20,875 bases of DNA from Abditibacteriaceae bacterium (GTDB taxonomy: Bacteria > Armatimonadota > Abditibacteriia > Abditibacteriales > Abditibacteriaceae), in the NCBI GenBank assembly GCA_031372065.1, contig JANMKN010000141.1:1-20875 (forward strand), written 5' to 3'. Of the stretch, positions 8,517-17,160 are shown in pieces; position 1 is the stretch's first letter, and every line of letters starts with the position of its first letter. The position numbers were made by a program, and so were the translations under genes. The notes beneath the pieces were generated by a model. The model searched no databases, was not told the DNA's origin, and worked only from the letters and a program-made list of their open reading frames with translations.

Positions 8517-10232
8517 CTAACGCACTGATGCGGCAAGCAGGCCTTTGTCTTCGTTCACAACAATCATCTGGTTGGCCGCGACATCTTTTAATTCGATTTT
8601 TTTGCCGCCGGGAAATGTGAGCGCAATGCGCGCAACTGTCGGCGAATTGTTCAGGCCAAAAGTCAAACGCCTATCGCCCGAAGCACAATAACTGGAGCCG
8701 CTGCGAACCCAATCTACTTGCTGCACGCCGCCGCTTTCGATTTGCACTTTGGTGCCTATGGCATCACGATTGGACTTGGTGCCGATGACTTTAATTTTCA
8801 GCCAATGCTGCGCGTTGCCGCCGTCGTTGCGATAAAGATGCGCCGGGCCATTGACGGTGCTGAGTAAAACATCAAGGTCGCCATCGTTATCGAAATCGCC
8901 TGCGCAAGCGCTACGTGCCAACAGTTTTTCGTTGAAGCCAAGTTTCTGGCCGGTTTCTGCAAAAGTGCCGTCGCTGCGATTCCAAAACGCCAAGGGGCGC
9001 TCGTAATACGAAACGTTGGGATAGCTTTCCTGAACTGTATCAATGATGTGCCCGTTGGCGGCGAAAATATCGGCAAAGCCATCGAGATCGTAATCGAAGA
9101 AAAATAAACCAAAGGTTAAAAAATCAAGGCTCGGTTGCAATATTCCTACGCGCGCACTGGCGTCTTCAAAAAAGCTGTCGCCTTTGTTTTGTCCCAGCGT
9201 CAGGCCATCGCGATGAAAATTGCCGATGATTAAACTGGCGCGGCCCGAATGATCGTAATCCGCCGCGTCGGTGCCCATGCCCGCCTTGGGCGTGCCGCTT
9301 TCGGGAAACGCCATGCCCGCTTCGAGCGCGACTTCTTTGAAATGCTTGCCGTTTTCGTTGTGAAAAAGATGATTCGGCGTGCCATCGTTGGCGACAAATA
9401 AATCCAGCCAGCCATCGTCATCGTAATCGATTTGCGTCACGCCGAGCGATTTTCCATCGGCGCCCGCGACGCCCATTCTCGCTGTCACATCGTCAAAGGT
9501 GCCATCGCCTTTGTTGTGATAAAGCACATTGCTTTCGGACTCGTAAACTTCGGGCGAACAATAAGTGCGATGACTGGGCGGGCCGCATTGTTTATCGTGC
9601 ACCACGTCCCATTTGAGGTAATTGCAGACAAATAAATCCAGCAATCCATCGTGGTCGTAATCAATCCAGCAGCAACTTGAAGCAAAGCGCTTGTCGCCGG
9701 TTTTGCTGATATTTGTTACATCCACAAAGCGCTTGCCGCTTTCGTTGCGAAACAAATGATTGGCGCCCCAACAGGCCACATAAACATCTTCGTCGCCATC
9801 GTTATCGTAATCACCAACAGCCACGCCGGTGGCATACATTTGCTGTTTGAGACCACTTTTTCCTGTCACATCTTCAAATGTGCCGTCGCCTTTATTTCGA
9901 TAAAGCGCCGGATAAGTTGGCGTTTTCGGCGCGCCGGGCAAGGGCGCAGCATTCAATAAAAGAATATCCTGCCAGCCGTCGTTATCGTAGTCAAGAAACG
10001 CGCAACCACTGCCCATTTCTTCGATGAAATACTTGCGCCCGCTACCGCCGTGACGATGCCAAAAAGTTATGCCTGCTTCGCGTGTTACATCTTTGAATTT
10101 GATGCCGGATGTCGCCGTTTTGCGCATCGGAGCCACTGTTTTTGAAGGTCGCGTTTGTTGTTGGCAACCCAGCAGAGAAAGGTGAACAGACAGCGCTAAA
10201 AAATAAAGTGCGCTTTTGAAAGTGAATTTCAC
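8517..10232 (-). CDS. CRTAC1-family protein (FG-GAP/VCBS beta-propeller + ASPIC/UnbV), predicted lipoprotein
   Basis: Lipobox LLGC. Repeated DYDNDGxxD Ca-binding loops. C-terminal NRDAIGTKV...GSSYCAS...FGL. GTG start overlaps the upstream TGA (GTGA, 10229-10232). Confidence 0.93.
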   Translation of the reverse strand: MKFTFKSALYFLALSVHLSLLGCQQQTRPSKTVAPMRKTATSGIKFKDVTREAGITFWHRHGGSGRKYFIEEMGSGCAFLDYDNDGWQDILLLNAAPLPGAPKTPTYPALYRNKGDGTFEDVTGKSGLKQQMYATGVAVGDYDNDGDEDVYVACWGANHLFRNESGKRFVDVTNISKTGDKRFASSCCWIDYDHDGLLDLFVCNYLKWDVVHDKQCGPPSHRTYCSPEVYESESNVLYHNKGDGTFDDVTARMGVAGADGKSLGVTQIDYDDDGWLDLFVANDGTPNHLFHNENGKHFKEVALEAGMAFPESGTPKAGMGTDAADYDHSGRASLIIGNFHRDGLTLGQNKGDSFFEDASARVGILQPSLDFLTFGLFFFDYDLDGFADIFAANGHIIDTVQESYPNVSYYERPLAFWNRSDGTFAETGQKLGFNEKLLARSACAGDFDNDGDLDVLLSTVNGPAHLYRNDGGNAQHWLKIKVIGTKSNRDAIGTKVQIESGGVQQVDWVRSGSSYCASGDRRLTFGLNNSPTVARIALTFPGGKKIELKDVAANQMIVVNEDKGLLAASVR

Positions 10233-11956
10233 GGCTGGCCCTCAACCAAAGTCAAAAGTTGATTGGCCGCGACATTTTGCCGCTCTGTTTTGCTGCCATC
10301 GGGCCAGCGCACTTCAACGCGCTCAACACGCACGGTGCGGCCTAAGCCGAAAAACAAACGCGGATCATTTTGCGAAAGATAACCGCTCGCGCTACGCACT
10401 TCGGCCACTTGGTTTAAGCCCGTTGCCTCAACCGTCACGCGGGCGCCAATGGCATCGCGGGTTTTGTTTTTGCTAAGGCAGCGAATCACAAGATGCTGAT
10501 TTTTGTTGCCGCCGTCGTTGCGCAGCAACGTCGCAGGGCCATTTAAATTGACCATAAAAACATCAAGGTCGCCATCGTTATCGTAGTCGCCAACGCACAA
10601 GCCGCGCCCGCTGCGCGGCTTCACAAAATCGCGCCCTGCTGCACGCGAACTGTCTTCAAAAGTGCCATTTCCCTTGTTGTGATAAAGCAGCGCGGGTTGG
10701 GCAAAGGTAGCGTCTTGGCGCACTTTGCCAATTTGATCTTGAATGTGGCCGTTCGCCACCATCAAATCCTTAAATCCATCGAAATCGACATCGAAAAAAG
10801 TCAATCCAAAGCCCAAAAGAGGCAAACTGGGCGGCCCGACTTGCGACGAAAAAGTCACGTCGTCGAATAAACCTTTGCCGGTGTTTTTCCAAAGCGCGTT
10901 TGGCTCATCAGCGAAGTTGGCGACAGCAATATCGAGTTGGCCGTCGTTATCGCAATCGGCCATGTCGGTGCCCATGCCAGCCATCGTGCGACCATCTTCA
11001 GCGAGCGCAACGCCAGCGCGCAGAGCGGTTTCTTCAAAGGTGCCGTCGCCGTTGTTTTGAAACAGCAAATTGCGCCGATTATCGTTGGCGACGAATAAAT
11101 CAATTTTGCCGTCGTTGTTGAAATCGCCCCACACCACGCCGAGATTTTTGCCGTCTGCGTTTAGCATTCCAGCAGATTGCGTCACATCGCGGAAATTGCC
11201 GTGGCCTTCATTATGAAACAAACGTCCGCTTTCGCCTTGAAATTGATTTGGCGGGCAATAGCCACGCAATTTCGGCGCTAATGTGCAAGGCGGGTCTTGA
11301 CCGACTTTGTAGGCACAATAATGACCGACGTATAAATCTAAAAACCCATCGTTATCATAATCGGCAAATGCCGCGCTGCTGCTCCAACCCGGTGATTTAT
11401 TTAGTCCCGAAGAAGCTGTCACATCAGCGAAAGTGCCGTTGCCGTTATTGCGATAAAAAATGGTTTGCCCGAAACCCGTCACCAGCAAATCGGTGAAGCC
11501 ATCGTTATCCACATCCGCCGCCGCGCAGCCTTGACCGTAGCCGCGCCCTGCTACGCCCGCAATTTTCGTAACATCTTTGAAAACGCCTTTCTGGTTGTGA
11601 TACAGACGATTGCCGCCCGGCCCAAAAGAGGCGCTGCCGGGCAACGGGCCGTTTTGGACGACATAAATATCCATCCAACCATCGTTATCGTAGTCGAACC
11701 AGCACGCGCCGGAGCCGGTTGTTTCTAAAAAATAGCGTTTTCCGGTGGCGCCATTAGTTTGCTGAAAATCAATGTTAGCCGTTTTAGTTACATCGGCAAA
11801 AGTGAGTTTGAATGGCAGCGCTGAGAATTGGCTGGAAGGCATTTTCGCGGGCGTTTTCGCCGATTCGCGATGACATCCGATAACCCATAAAAGGCAAAAC
11901 AAGGAAAGACAAAACAAGATCGAGTGCCTGTATTTCCCCCCACGAAAATGACTCAT
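10229..11956 (-). CDS. CRTAC1-family protein (FG-GAP + ASPIC/UnbV), predicted lipoprotein
   Basis: Lipobox-like VIGC. DYDNDG repeats. RDAIGARV...SGYLSQNDPRLFFGLG...VRWPDG. ATGA overlap with the TPR gene at 11953-11956. Confidence 0.93.
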   Translation of the reverse strand: MSHFRGGKYRHSILFCLSLFCLLWVIGCHRESAKTPAKMPSSQFSALPFKLTFADVTKTANIDFQQTNGATGKRYFLETTGSGACWFDYDNDGWMDIYVVQNGPLPGSASFGPGGNRLYHNQKGVFKDVTKIAGVAGRGYGQGCAAADVDNDGFTDLLVTGFGQTIFYRNNGNGTFADVTASSGLNKSPGWSSSAAFADYDNDGFLDLYVGHYCAYKVGQDPPCTLAPKLRGYCPPNQFQGESGRLFHNEGHGNFRDVTQSAGMLNADGKNLGVVWGDFNNDGKIDLFVANDNRRNLLFQNNGDGTFEETALRAGVALAEDGRTMAGMGTDMADCDNDGQLDIAVANFADEPNALWKNTGKGLFDDVTFSSQVGPPSLPLLGFGLTFFDVDFDGFKDLMVANGHIQDQIGKVRQDATFAQPALLYHNKGNGTFEDSSRAAGRDFVKPRSGRGLCVGDYDNDGDLDVFMVNLNGPATLLRNDGGNKNQHLVIRCLSKNKTRDAIGARVTVEATGLNQVAEVRSASGYLSQNDPRLFFGLGRTVRVERVEVRWPDGSKTERQNVAANQLLTLVEGQP

Positions 11957-13167
11957 GGTGTGGCGGTTTTGCCTTCCAGTTTCTTGAGAGATGCAATTGC
12001 TGCTGAATAGCCGGGTTTTAAATCGAGTGCGCGTTGATATTCGAGCATAGCTTTATCGCGTCCGCCGACAGAAGCATACAACTCGCCCAATTGAAAATGC
12101 AAGCTCGCCTCATGCGGACGCGCTTGTGTTTGCGCCACAAGAACGCCGACTTTCTTTTCATATTCGGCGGCAGTTTCCAGCAATTTCAATTGTTGATCGG
12201 CCTCGGCATTGCGTCCGGCCCGCTGATAGGCTTTGGCGAGATTAATCCGCGCATCCAAACGTGAAGGCTCGGCAGCCAAGGCCGCTTCGAGATGAGTTAT
12301 CGCATCTTCGACTGCACCATTACGCAAACGCAGCACACCTAAAACGTAATGGCTGTTGGAGTGCTGTGGCTGCGCACCTAAGGCTTGCTCGGCCAAATGC
12401 ATAGCGCTTTCAAAGTCGTCCGTGGCGGCACGCTGCATTTTAACTTGCGCCAGCAAACTGAGAATATCGGCATTATTGGTGTCAATTTGCAGCGCCTTTT
12501 GGCACGACTTTTCGGCGTCATTTAAGCGTTTTACTTGAAATTGCGCGTCTGCCAAGGCCATCCAACCCGAAACATTGCCCGATTCAAGTTCGACGGCGCG
12601 TTGAAATTCCGGTATCGCAACTTCAGCCATCGCCGTGCGGCGCAAAAGCTGGCCTTTGATAAAATGCGGAAAACCGGCGCGCGGATTAAGGCGTTGCGCT
12701 TTTTTAATCAGAGTTTCGGCGCGTTGCGTTTTGCCGCGTTTGATTTCTATTTGGGCCAGTGAACACAAAAATTGTATGTTCTTCGGCTCCAAAAAAATGG
12801 CACGCCCAAACGATTGCGCGGCGACATTTAGCAAGTTTTGCCGGGCTTGCACTTCGCCGAGTGCCAGCCAACCGGCAGCCTCATTGGGCGCGAGGCTAAC
12901 GATATGCTCCAACACGCGCTGTGCTTTTTCAAGGTTGCCCGCATTCAAATAAGCGGCGACTAATTGGCGCTGAAGAGCTGCATCAAAAGGACGGGCAGCC
13001 GCTGCGCTTTCGATTTGCGCAACGGCTGCCCGTTGTTGTTCCACCTGCTGGGAAACAGGTGAAGCGTTGTTTTGTGGCTTTAAGGAATGCAATCGCGCTT
13101 GCCAAGCTAAGCCAAGCAACGCAATACATCCCACGAATGCCAAAACTTTACCGCCAAAAAGGCGCAT
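11953..13167 (-). CDS. Tetratricopeptide-repeat protein with N-terminal membrane anchor/signal
   Basis: Hydrophobic N-terminus (VLAFVGCIALLGLAW) and about 9-10 TPR-like units (e.g. LHFQLGELYASVGGRDKAMLEYQRALDLKPG). Confidence 0.92.
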   Translation of the reverse strand: MRLFGGKVLAFVGCIALLGLAWQARLHSLKPQNNASPVSQQVEQQRAAVAQIESAAAARPFDAALQRQLVAAYLNAGNLEKAQRVLEHIVSLAPNEAAGWLALGEVQARQNLLNVAAQSFGRAIFLEPKNIQFLCSLAQIEIKRGKTQRAETLIKKAQRLNPRAGFPHFIKGQLLRRTAMAEVAIPEFQRAVELESGNVSGWMALADAQFQVKRLNDAEKSCQKALQIDTNNADILSLLAQVKMQRAATDDFESAMHLAEQALGAQPQHSNSHYVLGVLRLRNGAVEDAITHLEAALAAEPSRLDARINLAKAYQRAGRNAEADQQLKLLETAAEYEKKVGVLVAQTQARPHEASLHFQLGELYASVGGRDKAMLEYQRALDLKPGYSAAIASLKKLEGKTATP

Positions 13168-13184
13168 GAGATCGTGTTCTGCCG

Positions 13185-13907
13185 TTATCCCCAGTTAACC
13201 CCATTCGCACCGCCGCCAGTGCAAGCGTTCGGATTCACAAATTTAAACAGGAATGCGCCACCAGGAGTGCCCGTGGCATTGATGTTAGAGTTGTATGCCT
13301 TGACGTGTCCATCAGCAAACAAAATATTGGTAGCTCCCAAATGGCGCGGCAATCGGGCACCCGCATTGTTGGCAACACGCCCCCAACTGTGCCATAGGCT
13401 GTAGTCTCCTGTCTGCCCTGCGGCGCCAACACGTCCATCCGCTATCACCAAAAGCTCTGCAGGTTTGGCAATATCCGCATCGGATACGGTATTCAAACCA
13501 CCGCCAGTTCCATTTGTATCGCAGTTATGCAAGCCGATATTGTTGACCACATAACTGGTGTAAACGTCGGTGAAGGAATCCGAAGGGCACTTGAAAATTT
13601 GATTACTTTTCACATAAGGTTGCAGCGAATAAGTCCAAGTGGACACAGCAGTAGTTCCAGTGGTGCCACCCCAACCGCCTGCCCATTTCTCATCGTAATC
13701 CTGCTTGTATTGCAAAAAGCCGATGCCCAATTGCTTTACATTGTTAGAGCAGGACGACTTGCGGGCATTTTCGCGGGCACGGGCGAAAACCGGGAACAAA
13801 ATCGCCGCGAGGAGCGCGATTATCGCTATGACGACAAGCAATTCAATCAGGGTGAAACCGCGACGGGCTTCAGTGGAAAATGATTTTGAACGACTAAATG
13901 TGAGCAT
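13185..13907 (-). CDS. DUF1559 / prepilin-type N-terminal cleavage-methylation protein with C-terminal H-X9-DG motif (pilin-like 1)
   Basis: [77 protein letters not shown] upstream. Confidence 0.95.
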   Translation of the reverse strand: MLTFSRSKSFSTEARRGFTLIELLVVIAIIALLAAILFPVFARARENARKSSCSNNVKQLGIGFLQYKQDYDEKWAGGWGGTTGTTAVSTWTYSLQPYVKSNQIFKCPSDSFTDVYTSYVVNNIGLHNCDTNGTGGGLNTVSDADIAKPAELLVIADGRVGAAGQTGDYSLWHSWGRVANNAGARLPRHLGATNILFADGHVKAYNSNINATGTPGGAFLFKFVNPNACTGGGANGVNWG

Positions 13908-14029
13908 GGTAAATTCCTCCAGAATTAACAGGTTGTTTGCGCACGATGCCCCTTTAATATAACCATATGTTGGCTTTTTTAAACATTATTTGGCGCGCAA
14001 TATCTGTAAAGTTTTATATTTTTATCTTG
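13908..14029 (-). promoter_or_regulatory. Conserved promoter/leader of pilin-like gene 1
   Basis: Homologous to 16888-17007. Minus strand reads TGTTTAAAAAAGCCAAcATATGGTTATATTAAA (sigma70-like TTTAAA-N16-TATATT), with an upstream AAAACTTTACA box. Confidence 0.6.
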
Positions 14030-14034
14030 CTCAC

Positions 14035-14143
14035 GGCTTTGCACATTTTCTCATTCCTGCACAAAAACTCGCGGCCTTTTGATCGTGAAATGAGTTGAGT
14101 TTTTGTGCAAAACAGGCTTTTTGATAAGAAAATGTGCAAAGCC
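14035..14143. mobile_element. 109-bp MITE, IS5-family (IS903-group-like ends)
   Basis: Perfect 17-bp TIRs GGCTTTGCACATTTTCT (14035-14051 / 14127-14143). 9-bp direct repeat CTTGCTCAC flanks both ends (14026-14034, 14144-14152). Internal 13-bp IR at 14058-14070 / 14097-14109. Confidence 0.88.
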
Positions 14144-14266
14144 CTTGCTCACGACTAACTTTGCGTGAGACGCTTTTAAGTGGCAAACTCAAAAGAGCTT
14201 CGTTATTGCCGCTTTTCAAAGGACTGAACCTTTATCCCCTATCAACCTGCGTTTCGTCCCTACTGT

Positions 14267-16120
14267 TTGTTTTTGCCGTTTTTCGCGGCATTGGCCGGAT
14301 GTAATCAACGTCCCAAAGCAGTCACATCCGCTGCGGTCACATCTGCTCCTGTAATATCCGCGACTAAAGCGTTGCTCCCGCCGATTCAATTTGCGGATGC
14401 TACACCACAATCCGGCATTAATTTCAAGCATAACAGCGGGGCTTTTGGCTTGAAATTAATGCCGGAAACGATGGGGAGCGGCGTGGCGTTTATTGATTTT
14501 GACGGCGATGGTTATCAGGATTTGTTTTTTGTCAACTGTCGTTACTGGACGCGTGAAGAAGCCGAACAATATCGCCGTGGCACATGGTCGAAAGACGAGA
14601 TGACGGTTTTCAAGCGCACGCATCTGCCCGACACCAAACCGCAGCGATTCGTGCCCGCTACGATTCCAAAACAGCGCACTGTAGGCGCGCTTTATCGTAA
14701 CAAGGGCGATGGCACTTTCCGTGATGTGACTAAAGGCAGCGGCTTAGATATTGAGATGTTCGGCATGGGCACTGCGGTGGGCGACTATGATAACGATGGG
14801 CGCGACGACCTTTATGTCACCGCCTTGGGGCATAATTATCTGTTTCATAATGAAGGTGGCGGCCATTTTCGTGATGTAACCGCAACAACAGGTGTCAAAG
14901 ACAAAGGATGGTCAACCGGTGCGGCGTGGCTTGATTATGACAAAGATGGTCGTCTTGATTTGTTCGTTTGCCATTATGTGAAGTGGACGCCAGCCAATGA
15001 CCGCTACGGCACCATGAACGGGCACGACAAAAGTTATACCGCGCCATATTTTTATAAAGGCGAACTAAGCCATCTATTTCATAACGAAGGGCATGGCAGC
15101 TTTCGTGATGTTTCACCGCAAGCCGGCGTGCAAACCGAATCGTCCGGCACTCACAGCAAGCCGTTGCCCGGCAGCTCGTTGGGTGTGGCCGTTTGTGACT
15201 ACAACAATGATGGTTGGCCCGATTTGCTGGTAGCAAACGATGGGAAGCCCAATTCATTGTTTCGCAACAACAAAAACGGCACTTTTACCGATCAAGCCAG
15301 GCCTGCGAATATCGCTTTAGATTCCACTGGCAATACGCGCGGCGGCATGGGTGTGGACATCGCCGATATAGATCATTCCAACCGCGATAGTGCCGTCATC
15401 GGAAATTTCGACAACGAAATGGTGGGCCTTTTCTGGAATCAAAAAGGGCTATTTAGCGATATTGCGCCTTCGGGGGAAATCGGCACAGTCAGCAAAACGT
15501 TTTCGGTATTTGGTTGCCTGTTTGCCGATGTAGATAACGATAGCTGGCCCGATATTTTAACTGCCAGTGGGCATATTGATGATCAAATCACCGGAATTCG
15601 CGGCACTTCTTATGCGCTACGGCCTTTGCTGTTTCAAAATCAAGGTCGTGGCCTTTACAAAGAAATTGGCCTTCAGTCTGGAGATGTTCTACAAAAACCA
15701 ATCATTGGGCGTGGTCTGGCCTCCGCCGATATAGACCTTGACGGCGACCTTGATTTTGTGATGACCTCAAATAACGGGGCACCGCTTGTGTTGCGAAATG
15801 ACTCTGCGAACAGCAATCATTCCATCCGTTTGGAACTGCAAGGAGAAACAACCAATCGAAATGGAATTGGCACCTTAGTCAAAGCGAAAATCGGCTTTAT
15901 TGTGCTGCGCAAGACGCTGCATAGCGGTTCTTCGTATCTGTCTCAGTGCGAACTTCCTCTTACTTTGGGCCTTGGCCGTGCAAAACAAGCCGACGGCATC
16001 GCTCTGCGCTGGCCTTCTGGCAAAACCACCATTCTCAACAACATTGCAGCCGATCAAATTGTGACCGTCAACGAAACCAAAGGCATAATTAAACAGCGAC
16101 CTCTTCCGACACGGCATTAA
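14267..16120 (+). CDS. CRTAC1-family protein (FG-GAP + ASPIC/UnbV), predicted lipoprotein; start codon uncertain
   Basis: Lipobox LAGC. PETMGSGVAFIDFDGDG, DYDNDG repeats, GSSYLSQ...LGLG...RWPSG. The only canonical start in the signal region is TTG 14267 (in-frame stop at 14225). Confidence 0.9.
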   Translation: MFLPFFAALAGCNQRPKAVTSAAVTSAPVISATKALLPPIQFADATPQSGINFKHNSGAFGLKLMPETMGSGVAFIDFDGDGYQDLFFVNCRYWTREEAEQYRRGTWSKDEMTVFKRTHLPDTKPQRFVPATIPKQRTVGALYRNKGDGTFRDVTKGSGLDIEMFGMGTAVGDYDNDGRDDLYVTALGHNYLFHNEGGGHFRDVTATTGVKDKGWSTGAAWLDYDKDGRLDLFVCHYVKWTPANDRYGTMNGHDKSYTAPYFYKGELSHLFHNEGHGSFRDVSPQAGVQTESSGTHSKPLPGSSLGVAVCDYNNDGWPDLLVANDGKPNSLFRNNKNGTFTDQARPANIALDSTGNTRGGMGVDIADIDHSNRDSAVIGNFDNEMVGLFWNQKGLFSDIAPSGEIGTVSKTFSVFGCLFADVDNDSWPDILTASGHIDDQITGIRGTSYALRPLLFQNQGRGLYKEIGLQSGDVLQKPIIGRGLASADIDLDGDLDFVMTSNNGAPLVLRNDSANSNHSIRLELQGETTNRNGIGTLVKAKIGFIVLRKTLHSGSSYLSQCELPLTLGLGRAKQADGIALRWPSGKTTILNNIAADQIVTVNETKGIIKQRPLPTRH

Positions 16121-16131
16121 AATAAATTGGC

Positions 16132-16178
16132 AAAAAAAAGCCCACACGGACATTGCCGTGCGGGCCTTTTTGGTTTTT
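16132..16178. terminator. Bidirectional intrinsic terminator between convergent genes
   Basis: A8 tract, stem gcccacacgg (16140-16149) / ccgtgcgggc (16156-16165, one mismatch), then T-rich tail. Confidence 0.85.
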
Positions 16179-16188
16179 AAGCCAGAAT

Positions 16189-16887
16189 TTATTGATCACC
16201 CCAAGTGTTGGCTGTGCCTTCGTAAACCGTTTTGCCATAAGGCAATACTGCTTCGACAGCAGCAACTACACTGGTGGTGGTGTAAGTTGGCAGATTGACA
16301 GATTTGACATGGCCGTCACAGAAAAGGACGTTGCCAGCCCCTAAGTGCCGGGGTAAGCCGTTGGACGCTTGGGTAATACGCCGTGTGGCATTCCACAGGG
16401 TGTAATCCTCGTCTAAGCCAGCAAAGCAGCCGGCTTGCTTTGGGCTGCGGCAGCCGCCAGTTCCCACAAAGCCATCCATAGCAAACAAAACAGAAGATGT
16501 CTGCTGAATATCAGCCTGAGCCTTGTAGGTCAGAAAGTTATTCGCCACATAACTGGTAGCCATGTCCTTGCTGTCGCTGGGGCACTTGTAAATCTGATAA
16601 CTCTTCAGATACGGATAAAACGCAGGTGCCCAGTTGTAAACGAACGTGTTGCCGTTCCAGATTTGTGGCATCGTCTCGTCGAAGTCTTGAATGTATTGCG
16701 CCATTCCAAGACCAATCTGCTTAAGATTGTTGGAGCAAGACGACTTGCGGGCATTTTCGCGCGCACGGGCGAAGACAGGGAAAAGAATGGCCGCGAGCAA
16801 TGCAATGATTGCTATAACGACAAGCAGTTCGATCAGTGTGAAACCGCGACGGGCTTCGGTGGAAAATAATTTTGAACGACTGAACAT
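16189..16887 (-). CDS. DUF1559 / prepilin-type protein with H-X9-DG motif (pilin-like 2), 232 aa
   Basis: Start reassigned to MFSRSK (16887) behind GGAGGA, matching paralog 1. [16 protein letters not shown]...; [22 protein letters not shown]. Confidence 0.95.
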   Translation of the reverse strand: MFSRSKLFSTEARRGFTLIELLVVIAIIALLAAILFPVFARARENARKSSCSNNLKQIGLGMAQYIQDFDETMPQIWNGNTFVYNWAPAFYPYLKSYQIYKCPSDSKDMATSYVANNFLTYKAQADIQQTSSVLFAMDGFVGTGGCRSPKQAGCFAGLDEDYTLWNATRRITQASNGLPRHLGAGNVLFCDGHVKSVNLPTYTTTSVVAAVEAVLPYGKTVYEGTANTWGDQ

Positions 16888-17007
16888 GGTGAGTTCCTCC
16901 AGAACTAACAAGGTGTCTGTGCATACTGCATTTTTAATATAACCATATCTTGGCTTTTTTAAACAACACGCGACTATCAATTTGTAAAGTTTTGTATTTC
17001 TACCTTG
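16888..17007 (-). promoter_or_regulatory. Conserved promoter/leader of pilin-like gene 2
   Basis: Paralogous to 13908-14029. It shares ttcctccagaa.taaca, tttaatataaccatat.ttggcttttttaaaca and tgtaaagtttt. Confidence 0.6.
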
Positions 17008-17014
17008 GCAAGAT

Positions 17015-17160
17015 TATAGCGGTTCCGGTTGAAGTGTTCCCGCTCCTCAGTATTGTAGGGGCGAACCTTGTGTTCGCCCGTTTAACAATCCTGCAACCTC
17101 TTACGAGGGCGAATACAAGGTTCGCCCCTACCAAGGAACACTCTAACCGGAACCGCTATA
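17015..17160. mobile_element. ~146-bp miniature inverted-repeat element with TATAG termini and a nested GTAG-REP doublet
   Basis: Outer IR ttatagcggttccggtt(ga/ag)agtgttcc (17014-17040 vs 17135-17161, 25/27). Inner IR gtaggggcgaaccttgtgttcgccc (17055-17079) vs 17107-17131 (24/25). Each inner arm is itself a hairpin. Confidence 0.8.

Noticed and set aside
8770..15790. Recurrent DNA similarity (tcgccatcgttatcg, gtgccgtcgcc) suggesting a repeat array or CRISPR
   Set aside because: Explained by DYDNDG and N.GDGTF coding repeats in the three CRTAC1 paralogs. There are no regular repeat-spacer units and no cas genes.
8517..16120. Enediyne biosynthetic cluster (UnbV domain)
   Set aside because: No PKS or thioesterase genes are present, and ASPIC/UnbV domains are widespread outside such clusters.
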